Part shown: positions 38,172-52,823 of the stretch, one piece after another
How positions within the stretch are numbered: the stretch's first letter is position 1
Layout: every line of letters starts with the position of its first letter
Source: Candidatus Eiseniibacteriota bacterium
Lineage (GTDB): Bacteria; Eisenbacteria; RBG-16-71-46
DNA length: 64,000 bases
NCBI GenBank assembly: GCA_963717935.1
Contig: CAVQXP010000004.1
Span: forward strand, 128,001 to 192,000
Direction: 5' to 3'
Notes under the pieces: generated by a model
The model's input: the letters and a program-made list of their open reading frames with translations, nothing else
Database searches by the model: none
What the model was told of the DNA's origin: nothing
Translations under genes and position numbers: made by a program

Positions 38172-40391
38172 TCAGATCGCGCCGGTCTCCACCCTCTCCC
38201 GAAGAGCGGCCACGGGTCCCGGCCGGCCGAAGTGAAACCCCTGGAACGCCTGGCAGCCCATATCGGCGAGCAAGTGCCACTGCTCCCTGGTTTCCACGCC
38301 CTCGGCGATGACGGCCAGGCCCAGGCTCTGCCCGAGGGCAATGATGGTGCGGGCAATGGCGGCATCGCTGGAGTCGACGAGGATATCGCGCACGAAGGAC
38401 CGGTCGATCTTCAGCTGGTCGAGGGGCAGATGCTTCAGGTAGGAGAGCGAGGAATAGCCGGTGCCGAAGTCGTCCAGAGAGATCCCCACGCCGCGGGCCT
38501 TGAGGGCGTTCATCCTGCTGATGGCTTCCTCGATGTCGTCCACCAGCAGGCTTTCGGTGAATTCCAGCACGAGTTTCCCTGGATCGGCGCCGGTGCGATC
38601 GATCACGTCGAGCACGCGTGACACGAGTCCCGGGCGACGGAACTCGCGAGCGCTGATGTTCATCGCCAGCGTGAGGTGGGCCGTGTCCGGCTGCGCACTC
38701 CAGGCCACCAGCTGGGCGCACGCGATCTCCAGCACACGCTGGCCCAGGGGCTGGATCAGCCCAGTGTCCTCGGCCAGGGGAATGAACTCGGCCGGAGAGA
38801 TCAGGCCGCGGCGTGGATGTTGCCAGCGCGCCAGCGCCTCGGCGCCAGTGAACCGGCCCTCGCGGTCCACCTGACGCTGGTAGTGAAGCACGAACTGGCC
38901 TTCCCGCATCCCGCTGCGCAGGTCGGCCTCCAGCGCGGCGCGGGCGGTGACCGCAGCCTGCATCTCCGGGTCGAAGAATCGCAGGGTGTTGCGGCCCACC
39001 GCCTTGGCCCGGTACATGGCGAGATCCGCCCGCTTCAGCAGGTCCTCGGCGTTCTCCCGGTGATCGCTGAACAGGGTGATGCCGATGCACCCGGTGCTGT
39101 GATACTCGCGGCCCGCGAGCAGGGCGGGCGGAGTGATGGCGAGAAGAATCTTCTCGCCGACGAGCTCGGCCTGGCTGGCGGCTTCCTGGGGATTCGCGCT
39201 CAGGTCCCCCAGCATGACCACGAACTCGTCGCCCCCCAGGCGGGCGACCGTGTCGCACGAGCGCACGCAGGCAAGAAGCCGCTGGGCGACCTGTTGCAGC
39301 AGCAGGTCCCCCGCGTCGTGACCCAGGGTGTCGTTGAGGCTCTTGAAGTCGTCCAGATCGATGAAGAGGATCGCCCCCCGCCGCTGGCTGCGGGTGCGCG
39401 ACGCCAGGGCCTGCTGCATCCGGTCCAGCAGGAGCCGCCGGTTGGGCAACCCGGTCATCGGATCATAGAACGCCAGCTGCTCGATATCTGCTTCCGCCGA
39501 CTTGCGCTGGGTGATGTCGATGAGCGTGCCGACGTAGTGGGTGACGTTTCCGGCGTCGTCTCTCACGGCGGTGATGGTGAGCCATGCGGGGTACATCTTG
39601 CCGCTCTTGTGCAGATTCCAGATCTCTCCCCGCCATTCCCCGGCGTTGCTGATGGCCTTCCACATGTTGGCGTAGAAAGCGGCAGCGTGGCGGCCGGACT
39701 TGAACTTGCGCGGCGTCTGTCCCACGACCTCCGCGGCAGTGAAGCCGGTGATGTCGGTGAAGGCCTGGTTGACCCGCAGGATCGAGGTCGCAGCATCGGT
39801 GACGAGCATGCCTTCCTGAGACTCGAAGGCGGTCGCAGCGACACGCAACTCCGCCTCCGCCCGCTTGCGACCGGTGATGTCGGTGAGGGCCAAGCGCACC
39901 GTGGATGATTCGTCCCCGGCCGCCACGCGCACGCAGTCGAGTTGAGCCTGGATCACGGAACCGTCGCCACGCCGAAGTGCCAGGTCGCACGTTTCCCGTT
40001 TGCCATGCTGCAACACGTTCCCGATGAATCGGTGATATCGATCGCCGTCCGCGTTGGTGACGAATCGGGCGAAGCTGCTCTTGAGCAGCTTCCCGCGCTC
40101 CTCCCCCAACAACGTGGCACCGGTCAGGTTGACCTCGGAGATCAGGGCCTTGCTCGTGAGCGTGAAGTAGCCGACGGGCGCGAACTCATAGAGGTCCATG
40201 TAGCGGTCGCGGGATTCCTCCAGTGCGAACTGGGCGCGCTGCAACTCCTCGTTCTGCATCTCCAGTTCGATCTGGTGCACGTGGAGTTCGTGCAGGAGTT
40301 CCCCGGCGGGGCGACCGGGCGCTTCCGTCCGCTTGACGCGGGCGGACTTCATCTCCGCCTTCGCCCGCAGTTCCGGCTTGCCGGGCTTCAT
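38172..40391 (-). CDS. PAS-PAS-GGDEF-EAL c-di-GMP enzyme
   Basis: LHELHVHQIELEMQNEEL coiled coil, two PAS domains, RSCD I-site + GGDEF, EAL, DDFGTGYSS. Confidence 0.95.
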   Translation of the reverse strand: MKPGKPELRAKAEMKSARVKRTEAPGRPAGELLHELHVHQIELEMQNEELQRAQFALEESRDRYMDLYEFAPVGYFTLTSKALISEVNLTGATLLGEERGKLLKSSFARFVTNADGDRYHRFIGNVLQHGKRETCDLALRRGDGSVIQAQLDCVRVAAGDESSTVRLALTDITGRKRAEAELRVAATAFESQEGMLVTDAATSILRVNQAFTDITGFTAAEVVGQTPRKFKSGRHAAAFYANMWKAISNAGEWRGEIWNLHKSGKMYPAWLTITAVRDDAGNVTHYVGTLIDITQRKSAEADIEQLAFYDPMTGLPNRRLLLDRMQQALASRTRSQRRGAILFIDLDDFKSLNDTLGHDAGDLLLQQVAQRLLACVRSCDTVARLGGDEFVVMLGDLSANPQEAASQAELVGEKILLAITPPALLAGREYHSTGCIGITLFSDHRENAEDLLKRADLAMYRAKAVGRNTLRFFDPEMQAAVTARAALEADLRSGMREGQFVLHYQRQVDREGRFTGAEALARWQHPRRGLISPAEFIPLAEDTGLIQPLGQRVLEIACAQLVAWSAQPDTAHLTLAMNISAREFRRPGLVSRVLDVIDRTGADPGKLVLEFTESLLVDDIEEAISRMNALKARGVGISLDDFGTGYSSLSYLKHLPLDQLKIDRSFVRDILVDSSDAAIARTIIALGQSLGLAVIAEGVETREQWHLLADMGCQAFQGFHFGRPGPVAALRERVETGAI

Positions 40392-40408
40392 CCCCTCCCG
40401 TTCCTGTT

Positions 40409-43387
40409 TCACGCACTCCCTCGCTCGCCCGGGGCAGGCATCTCCATCGCCAGCAGGATCAACTGGGTGTCTCCACTCGGGCTGACGATGCGGCGGGCGC
40501 TGAGCAGCAGCTTGATCCGGCCGAGCCGGGGAACGTCCTGCTCCACCTCGTAGCCTTCGAAACTGCAGTCGCGTGGCAGGACCGTCTCCAGCAATTCCCG
40601 CAATGCGGGGATGTCCCACCGGCGGCCCTCCAGTTCGTAGATCCGGCGGCCCACGACCTCTCCCGGCAGGACGCCAAAACACTGGTAGAACGAGCGGCTG
40701 GCAGAGACGATCTGCAGTGCACCATCCAGCACGATGAGCGGCTCGCGCACCGTATCGACGATGCCCTCGGCCAGGTCCCGGGCCACCTGCAGAGCCTCCT
40801 CCACGCGTTTGATCTCCGTGATGTCCACAAACGTCAGCACCACCCCGTCGATCACGTTGTCCACGGTGCGATAGGGCTGGATGCGCGCCAGGTACCAGGC
40901 CCCTTCGGTGGTACGCACCTCGCGCTCGTACGGGACCAGGGTCTCGAGCACCATCTGGGCCGGGGGAAGCAGATCGTCGCCTTCCAGATGGGACTTGATG
41001 TCGGACAGCGGCCGGCCCACGTCCGAGGTGACCAGGTGATAGATCTGCAGTGCATCGCGCGCGAAGTGGCGGATGACCAGGCTGCTGTCCAGGAACATGA
41101 TGCCGACGTTGATGCTGTCGAACAGGTTCTTCATGTCGTTCTTCATGCTGCTCAGCTGCTCGATCTTGGCCTGCAATTCACCATTGACCGTCACCAGTTC
41201 TTCATTGATGGATTGCAGTTCCTCCTTGGACGTCTCCAACTCCTCGTTGGTCGACTGCAGCTCCTCGTTGGTCGATTGCATCTCCTCGTTGGTGGACTTC
41301 AATTCTTCGTTGGAGGCCTGCACTTCCTCCATGCTGGCGCGGAGGGTCTCTCTCGCGTAGGCCAGGTCCCGCTCGAGCGCCTCGATGCGCAGGGCGTCGA
41401 CCGATCTGGCCGCGCGTTTGCCGGCGGGCCTGGCAGGCGCCGCGCCCGCCACGGTCTGGAAGTTCAACAACAACAGGCCATCGACGAAGTCCGGGTGGGC
41501 CACCGGGCGCACGCTGAAGCTCATGGCCTGGAGACCGTCGTCGATCCTGGTCGACACCTCCTGACCCAACGTCGGCGTGCCCAGGCTCGCGGCGGCGTGG
41601 ATGGCGGCGCGCAGCTTCAGTTGCAGCTCCTTGCGCGCCATGTCGACCACGTTGAGCGTTGGCTTGCCGGGCGCCGGGCGCAGGTACTTGCCGGTGTCGC
41701 CGTGCACGTGGAGGATGTTGCCGCTGAGATCCGTGATCAGGGAGGCGGGGGCATAGAACTGGAGCAGCAGCCGGTCGGCCAGTTCGGCGAGGCGGGTCTC
41801 CTTCTTCTTCGTCACGGGCGCATCCGCCGGCCTGCCATCGCCCTGCGCGGCCAGCGGCACGACGTCGGCCCTCACGTGACGGGCGGAGGCATCCGCGCGG
41901 GTGGCCCGGTAGAGCTTCCACTTTCGGTTGAGCGGCGCGAACAGGTCCGAGTGGGTGCCGATGCTCTCCGAGGTCGAGAGGAACAGCACGCCCCCCGGTT
42001 TGAGCGCGAAGTGGAAGGTGGAGAGGAGGCGGTCTTGTTGTTCCGGCTTCACGTAGATCATCACGTTACGGCAGCTGAGCAGGTCCAGATAGCTGAAGGG
42101 CGGATCCTTGATGACGCTCTGGACGGCGAACACCACCATCTCCCGAATCGTCTTCTGCACCCGGTAGCCATCCCCATCCTTGACGAAGAAGCGGCGCAGC
42201 CGCCCGGGCTCGACGTCCTGGACGATGTTGGGCGGATACCTGCCGGCACGCGCCAGGGTGATGGCGCCCTCGTCGATGTCGGTGCCGTAGAGCTGGACCC
42301 TGTGATCCCGCCCGTTCTCTTCCATGAACTCGCGCAGGAGGATGGCGACGGAATAGGCCTCCTCGCCGGTGGCGCAACCCGCCACCCAGGCACGGAGCAC
42401 ATAGTCGGCAGGCTTGCCGGCGAGGAGTTCGGGAAGGACATCCTTCTTCAACGCGGAGAAGGCCTCCGGGTCCCGGAAGAAGCTGGTGACGCGGACCAGT
42501 AGATCCGTGAACAGCGCATGGGCCTCAGCCCGATGCTCGTTGATGTAGCGGGCATAGATCTCCGTATCCGCGATGCCGTGCTGCAACATGCGCCGCTCGA
42601 TGCGGCGGCCGATGGTGCTCGTCTTGTACAGCGAGAAGTCGTGGCCGGTGGTGGAGCGCAACAACATCAGGATGCGACGGAGGCCGGCATCCGCCTCCGG
42701 GCGCGTTTCCACGCGGGCCGCCCGGGCGCGCGCATCGGCCAATATCGCCTTCGGCAGTTCTTCCACGGGCAGGACATGGGTGGCAAAACCGGCCTGAATG
42801 GCGCTGGATGGCATGCCGTCGAATTTCGCCGAGGTCGGCTCCTCCACGAACGAGACGCCGCCGGCGCCGAGGATGGCGCGCAGTCCAAGGGTGCCATCGG
42901 TGCCGGTGCCGGACAGGATGACGCCTATCGCCTGTTCTCCCCGATCCTCGGCCAGGGAACGCAGGAAGGAGTCGATCGGCAGGCGATGCCCGTGCGCCTG
43001 CTCCGGCACGCTCAGTTGCAGGGTGCCGTGGAAGATGGCCAGGTCGCGGTTGGGCGGGATGACATAGATGCAGTTGGGCACCACCGCCATCTGGTCCTGC
43101 GCCTCCACGACCGGCAGGACCGTGCTGCGCTGCAGGATCTCGGTGAGGAGGCTGGCGTGGTGCGGATCGAGGTGCTGCACCAGCACGAAGGCCATGCCGC
43201 TGTCGCTCGGGACCTCGCGAAAGAAGCGCTCGAACGTCTCGAGCCCACCGGCAGAAGCTCCGACACCGACGATGGGAAAGCTCACGGCGTCCGTCTTCTG
43301 CCCTGGTGCTTCGCGCGCTTCCAGCTCGGCGGGGGCGGTCCGGCTCTTCGCCTTCACCCTCTTCTTCTTCACCTTGCTGGTAACCAT
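40409..43387 (-). CDS. CheB methylesterase-CheR methyltransferase-coiled coil-PAS fusion
   Basis: GASAGG, VQH, SGTGTDG (CheB S/H/D), VTSFFRD, AGCATGEEAYS, LSCRNV, NEELQS repeats, PAS; start may be 43456. Confidence 0.94.
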   Translation of the reverse strand: MVTSKVKKKRVKAKSRTAPAELEAREAPGQKTDAVSFPIVGVGASAGGLETFERFFREVPSDSGMAFVLVQHLDPHHASLLTEILQRSTVLPVVEAQDQMAVVPNCIYVIPPNRDLAIFHGTLQLSVPEQAHGHRLPIDSFLRSLAEDRGEQAIGVILSGTGTDGTLGLRAILGAGGVSFVEEPTSAKFDGMPSSAIQAGFATHVLPVEELPKAILADARARAARVETRPEADAGLRRILMLLRSTTGHDFSLYKTSTIGRRIERRMLQHGIADTEIYARYINEHRAEAHALFTDLLVRVTSFFRDPEAFSALKKDVLPELLAGKPADYVLRAWVAGCATGEEAYSVAILLREFMEENGRDHRVQLYGTDIDEGAITLARAGRYPPNIVQDVEPGRLRRFFVKDGDGYRVQKTIREMVVFAVQSVIKDPPFSYLDLLSCRNVMIYVKPEQQDRLLSTFHFALKPGGVLFLSTSESIGTHSDLFAPLNRKWKLYRATRADASARHVRADVVPLAAQGDGRPADAPVTKKKETRLAELADRLLLQFYAPASLITDLSGNILHVHGDTGKYLRPAPGKPTLNVVDMARKELQLKLRAAIHAAASLGTPTLGQEVSTRIDDGLQAMSFSVRPVAHPDFVDGLLLLNFQTVAGAAPARPAGKRAARSVDALRIEALERDLAYARETLRASMEEVQASNEELKSTNEEMQSTNEELQSTNEELETSKEELQSINEELVTVNGELQAKIEQLSSMKNDMKNLFDSINVGIMFLDSSLVIRHFARDALQIYHLVTSDVGRPLSDIKSHLEGDDLLPPAQMVLETLVPYEREVRTTEGAWYLARIQPYRTVDNVIDGVVLTFVDITEIKRVEEALQVARDLAEGIVDTVREPLIVLDGALQIVSASRSFYQCFGVLPGEVVGRRIYELEGRRWDIPALRELLETVLPRDCSFEGYEVEQDVPRLGRIKLLLSARRIVSPSGDTQLILLAMEMPAPGERGSA

Positions 43388-43684
43388 GGATCCCCCCTGC
43401 GAGGACGGTGCACTGCGCGTGGGAGGGGCCTCGAGCACATCCGGCTCTCTGGACATCCTACCCCCCTACCGGAGGCCATAGAATGGGTTTTCCCAAAGGG
43501 GAACCCGGTGCCCAGTGTCGAGCCCCCCGAGTTCAGCTGGGCTGAACTCGTGTCGGACCCACCACGGCGGGATTCCAGGTCGAGCGGCGCAAGTGCCCGC
43601 TCGACGAAGGATGCCAGCACCACGGTCGCCGCCAGCACTTCGAACGTGCGTTCCCTGTCCAGGTGAAAGAGGTTCGGAGTTCAT
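43369..43684 (-). pseudogene. Possible frameshifted remnant of a small membrane protein
   Basis: GGAGAGG RBS and ATG at 43684; removing one base near the start gives MNPNLFHLDRERTFEVLAATVVLASFVERALAP (hydrophobic helix), after which the sequence looks degenerate. Confidence 0.3.
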
Positions 43685-43733
43685 CGGACGTCCCCTCTCC
43701 GTGGCCTGATCACGCGCAACGCGCTCTTGCCGT

Positions 43734-44285
43734 CTAAGCCTCACGCTCTGCCTCGGCCGCCATCTCGTGGACCGGCCCCGCGGCCGCCGTCCCCACCTCG
43801 ACCCGGATCTTGTCGAGGCAGTCGAGCAGCTCGGGGGCGATCGCCGGCCGGGAATCGTCGAGCAGGGGCACGGCGCTGCCGGCAGCGAGCCGAGCGGGCA
43901 TGTTCAAGGCCGTCCCGGGGCCGCCCCGAATCCGGTGGGCCAGCACCAGAAGTTGCTGTTGGACCGGTGCTGAGAGCCGCTCCAGTCGATCGAGAAAGAG
44001 AGTGCCGCCTTCGACGTCGCGAAGCGGATTGACATTGGGAAGGCCGCCGGCAGGCATCAACCAGCCCCGGAGCGCGCACCGGATGGTCGGCTCATCGCGG
44101 CCGCAGTCGAGAGCCAGGAACGGTCGGTCCTGAAGCGGGCTTGCTCGGTGAAAAGCACGGACCATCGCCTCGCGCTCGCGCGCGGTACCACCGGTCACCA
44201 GAATCGAGACCAGGCTGTGGCGATGAAGGCGCAGAAGGCGGGCGGGGGGCTTCGCTGCAGCCCCCCGCTCCTTGGACCGCATCAT
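43734..44285 (-). CDS. Stand-alone degenerate sigma54-activator-like AAA+ domain
   Basis: SILVTGG...AMVRAFHRASP...PFLALDC, GGTLFLDRLERLS..QQQLL; Walker A Lys, GAFTGA loop and HTH are absent; ATGA coupling to the upstream ORF. Confidence 0.7.
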   Translation of the reverse strand: MMRSKERGAAAKPPARLLRLHRHSLVSILVTGGTAREREAMVRAFHRASPLQDRPFLALDCGRDEPTIRCALRGWLMPAGGLPNVNPLRDVEGGTLFLDRLERLSAPVQQQLLVLAHRIRGGPGTALNMPARLAAGSAVPLLDDSRPAIAPELLDCLDKIRVEVGTAAAGPVHEMAAEAEREA

Positions 44286-44623
44286 CGCTTGACGAGGCGG
44301 CCCGCCGCAGCCCTCGACACCGGCAGGCCCGGCCCACGCGGCTCACGCAGGGCCGCAGGCTGGAACCAGAGTGTCGGAGGGACCACGGACAGGAATGGCC
44401 AGGCGGACTGGATCGGCGAACGCAGGGCAGGTCCGTTCCACAGAGCGAAGGCTCCCGGCACGCCCGAAATGGAGGGCTCGTCCGGGGTCGGCGCGAGGCC
44501 GTGGGGTCCCGTGCCGGTGGGCACCTCGGGTATCCCGGTCTGGGCGGCCACCATGGAGGCGACCAGCAGGACACCGACAGGGCAGAACGGCAGCAGGCGG
44601 GTGAAGTCTCGGTCGGTCTTCAT
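44282..44623 (-). CDS. Small Pro-rich, probably exported hypothetical protein
   Basis: CCAGGAGG RBS, hydrophobic segment VGVLLVASMVAA-Q, stop overlaps the next start codon. Confidence 0.55.
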   Translation of the reverse strand: MKTDRDFTRLLPFCPVGVLLVASMVAAQTGIPEVPTGTGPHGLAPTPDEPSISGVPGAFALWNGPALRSPIQSAWPFLSVVPPTLWFQPAALREPRGPGLPVSRAAAGRLVKR

Positions 44624-44671
44624 GCGGCCTCCTGGTCTGGTCGGGGGACTGGGTCACCGACGACCCCCTTA

Positions 44672-44687
44672 GGCCAGACCTGTGCCG
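44672..44687 (-). promoter_or_regulatory. Candidate sigma54 promoter CGGCAC-AGGTC-TGGC
   Basis: GG-N10-GC spacing with a good -24 box and an imperfect -12 box, 50 nt upstream of ATG 44623. Confidence 0.45.
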
Positions 44688-44755
44688 CATGAATCGCGAC
44701 CGCTGTCTATCTCGTAACGTCACTTATTACAACTTGTTACGGTGCTATACAGAAA

Positions 44756-44782
44756 CGCCGCCACGTATAATCCGTGGCGGCG
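44756..44782. promoter_or_regulatory. Perfect 10-bp inverted repeat CGCCGCCACG-N7-CGTGGCGGCG (enhancer site or terminator)
   Basis: Lies in the AT-rich gap between the kinase-activator gene and the sigma54-like promoter. Confidence 0.5.
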
Positions 44783-44854
44783 GATTCGCTGTTTTTCATC
44801 GGAACCTGCGACTACGAATACTCCAACAGCAACAATGATAATCAATTCATAGAC

Positions 44855-49858
<5,004 letters not shown>

Positions 49859-50127
49859 CGAAGAGTCCCGCCCTGGTCACTCGCGGTCCTGCAGGATCCA
49901 GCGGCGATACTAGACGAAAGTCTCGCTCGGCGCAGTCGATGTCGTGGAGCCCGACCCGGTCCCCGCTCCGGGTCCGACCAGCGGATTCGAGGTTCCGCTC
50001 ATGCGCCTCTCCCTCGCCACGCCGCCGGCAGGGCGGACAGGCGCAGCCGGAACGCGGTCGTCGGCGGCAGCGATGCGCACGGCGGGCCTCCGCCCGGTCG
50101 GGCGCCGACCCCATGCTATCCTGCGGC

Positions 50128-51902
50128 ATGCGTCGTTCGCTGTCCTGGGCCGCGTTCGCTCTCGCAGCCGTCCTCTCGGGCTGTGCGGCCGGGGGTGACG
50201 GGATCCCCCCGCCCCCGTCGCGTGGGCCCCGCTACTTCGGCAGCGTGCGCCCACCGCGCGGCGACGTGCTGCGCTTCAACAACGGCGCCGAGCCCGAGAC
50301 CATCGATCCGGCGCTCGTGTCGGGCCAGCCCGACGGGCGCCTCGCCCGCAGCCTGTTCGAGGGCCTCGCGACCTCCGACCCGCGCACGCTCGAGCCGCGC
50401 CCGGGGCAGGCCGCGCGCTGGGAGACCAGCGCCGACGGGCTGACCTGGACCTTCCACCTGCGGCCGGGCCTCGTCTGGAGCGACGGCGTGCCGCTTACCG
50501 CGCGCGACTTCGTCTGGTCGTGGCTGCGGGTGCTGCGCCCTGCGACCGCGGCGCGCAATGCCGGCCTGCTCTACGCCATCGCGGGCGCCGAGGACTTCAA
50601 CCGGGGGACCGTCCCCGACTCCTCGCGCGTGGGGCTCTCCGCCCCCGACGACACCACGCTCGTCGTGCGCCTGGCGTCCCCCGTCCCCTACCTGCTCCAG
50701 CTCGCGGCCTACCCGACCTGGCTGCCCGTGCCACGGCACGCGGTCGAGCGCTGGGGCGAGCGATGGACCCGGCCCGGGCACCTCGTCTCGAACGGCGCCT
50801 TCGTGCTCGAACGCTGGCGCCAGAACGACCGTTTCGAGCTGGCCAGGAACCCGCGCTACCGCGACGCGGCGCGCGTGCGGCTCGATCGCGTCGTGGCCTA
50901 CTCCGTGGACGACCTCAGCACCTCGTCCAACCTCTATCAGTCGGGCCGGCTCGACTGGAACACCAGCGGCTACGTGCCCTCGCCCTTCATCCCCTGGCTG
51001 CGCGGCAAGGCCGACTTCCGCAGCGCGCCCTTCCAGGCCGTCTACTTCTACTCGATGAACGTGACGCGCCGGCCCTTCGACGACGTACGGGTGCGCCGCG
51101 CGCTGAACCTCGCGGTGGACCGCGACGCCATCGCGCACGACCTGCTCAAGGGCACGCGCGCGCCGTGGGGCCGGCTCACGCCGCAGGGCTACCCCGGCTA
51201 TCCCGCGCCCGCGCCGCTCCACCACGACCCCGCGCGGGCGCGCGAGTACCTGGCGCAGGCGGGCTTCCCGGACGGGAAGGGGTTCCCCCGGATCTCGATC
51301 CTGTTCAGCACCAGCGAGGACCACCGCCGCATCGCCGAGGCCGTCCAGGCCATGTGGACGAAGGAACTCGGCATCCCGGTCGAGCTGCGGAACATGGAGT
51401 GGGGCTCGACCCTGCAGGCCATGACCACGCTGCAATACGACGTGGCACGGCGCTCGTGGATCGGCGACTACCTGGACCCGGGCACGTTCCTCGAGATCAT
51501 GCGCGGCGGCGACGGCAACAACCGCACCGGCTGGAGCGACGCGCGCTACGACCGGCTGCTGCTCGCGGCCCGGGGCGAGCCCGGGCCGGCGAAGCGCCTC
51601 CGCCGGCTCGGCGAGGCGGAGTCGCTGCTGCTCGCCGACGGACCGGTCATCCCCATCTACCACTACTCGACGGTCGAGCTGGTGAAGCCCTACGTGCGCG
51701 GCATCTGGTCGAACGCCCTCGACACCCACCCGCTCGAGCACGTCTGGATCGACCACGCCTGGCGGCCGGGCTCCGAGGACCGCGCCGCGGCCGCGGAGCC
51801 TGCACGGTCCGCTCGCCGAGCAGAGGCACCATGCGCTCGGCCAGCAGACCGTGTCTGCGCTCCGCGGCCCCCGCGCACCCGGCGCCGGGACGCCGGCCAT
51901 GA
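50128..51902 (+). CDS. oppA: Peptide ABC transporter substrate-binding lipoprotein; 3' end uncertain
   Basis: Lipobox LSGC, EPETIDP, LFEGL, SNGAF, WIGDYLDP. The reading frame has no stop before oppB (it runs to 52827), which suggests an indel at ~51760-51900; a TGA in another frame at 51900-51902 overlaps the oppB start. Confidence 0.85.
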
Positions 51903-52816
51903 CCCGCTACGTCGTGCGCCGGCTGCTGCTCTTCGTCCCCACGCTGTGGGCGATCGCGACGCTGACCTTCTTCCTGATGCGCCTCGCCCCCGGCGGTCCC
52001 TTCAACGCCGAGCGAGAGATCCCGCAGGCGGCGCGCGCGGCGCTGGCGCAGAAGTACGGGCTCGATCGACCGCTCGCCGAGCAGTACGCCACGTTCCTCG
52101 TCCGTGCCGCCCGGCTCGATTTCGGGCCCTCGTACAAGTTCCCCACCCGCGAAGTGCGCGAGATCATCGTCGAGGGCTTCCGCGTCTCCGCCGAGCTGGG
52201 CGGCTGGGCGTTGCTGGTCGCGCTGCTCGTGGGCATCCCCCTCGGCGTCATCGCCGCGCTGCGGCAGAACACCGTGGCCGACACCGCCGTCATGGCCACC
52301 GCGCTGGCCGGGGTCTCGGTCCCCAACTTCGTGCTCGGGCCGTTGCTGGTGCTCGCCTTCTCGCTCGGCCTCTACTGGCTGCCGCCCGCGCTGTGGGAAG
52401 GCCCGCAGAGCCGCGTGCTGCCGGTGCTCACGCTCGCAGCGGCCTACGTCGCCTACGTCGCGCGCCTGACGCGCGCCGGGATGCTCGAGGTGCTGCGCCA
52501 GGACTTCATCCGCACCGCGCGCGCCAAGGGACTGCCCGAGCGCGTGATCGTGCTCAAGCACGCGCTGCGGCTGGGTCTTCTGCCGGTGCTCTCGTACCTC
52601 GGCCCCGCCGCCGCGGCGATCATCATGGGCTCGCTCGTGGTCGAGCAGGTCTTCGCCGTGCCCGGCCTGGGCCGCTACCTCGTCAATGGCGCGTTCAACC
52701 GCGACTACACGCTGGTGATGGGCGTGGTGCTCTTCTACGCGGCGTTCCTCATGGCGCTGAACCTGCTCGTGGACCTCGCCTACGCCTGGCTCGATCCACG
52801 CGTGGAGCTGAAGTGA
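51899..52816 (+). CDS. oppB: Peptide ABC transporter permease
   Basis: MTRYVVRRLL, APGGPF, DFGPS, TARAKGL, NRDYTLVMG, LDPRV. Confidence 0.93.
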   Translation: MTRYVVRRLLLFVPTLWAIATLTFFLMRLAPGGPFNAEREIPQAARAALAQKYGLDRPLAEQYATFLVRAARLDFGPSYKFPTREVREIIVEGFRVSAELGGWALLVALLVGIPLGVIAALRQNTVADTAVMATALAGVSVPNFVLGPLLVLAFSLGLYWLPPALWEGPQSRVLPVLTLAAAYVAYVARLTRAGMLEVLRQDFIRTARAKGLPERVIVLKHALRLGLLPVLSYLGPAAAAIIMGSLVVEQVFAVPGLGRYLVNGAFNRDYTLVMGVVLFYAAFLMALNLLVDLAYAWLDPRVELK

Positions 52817-52823
52817 GCCGGCC

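Noticed and set aside
38041..39258. Apparent N-terminal extension of the XDH molybdenum subunit
   Set aside because: Out-of-frame overlap with the EAL gene; XDH similarity starts near 38040.
41190..41320. 21-nt repeats in the cheBR gene
   Set aside because: They encode the usual NEELQST heptad coiled coil of this family.
43460..43610. c-di-GMP riboswitch upstream of cheBR/GGDEF genes
   Set aside because: Hairpins are present but the GEMM core (GGCAAAC...GAAA...GACGCAAAGC) is not.
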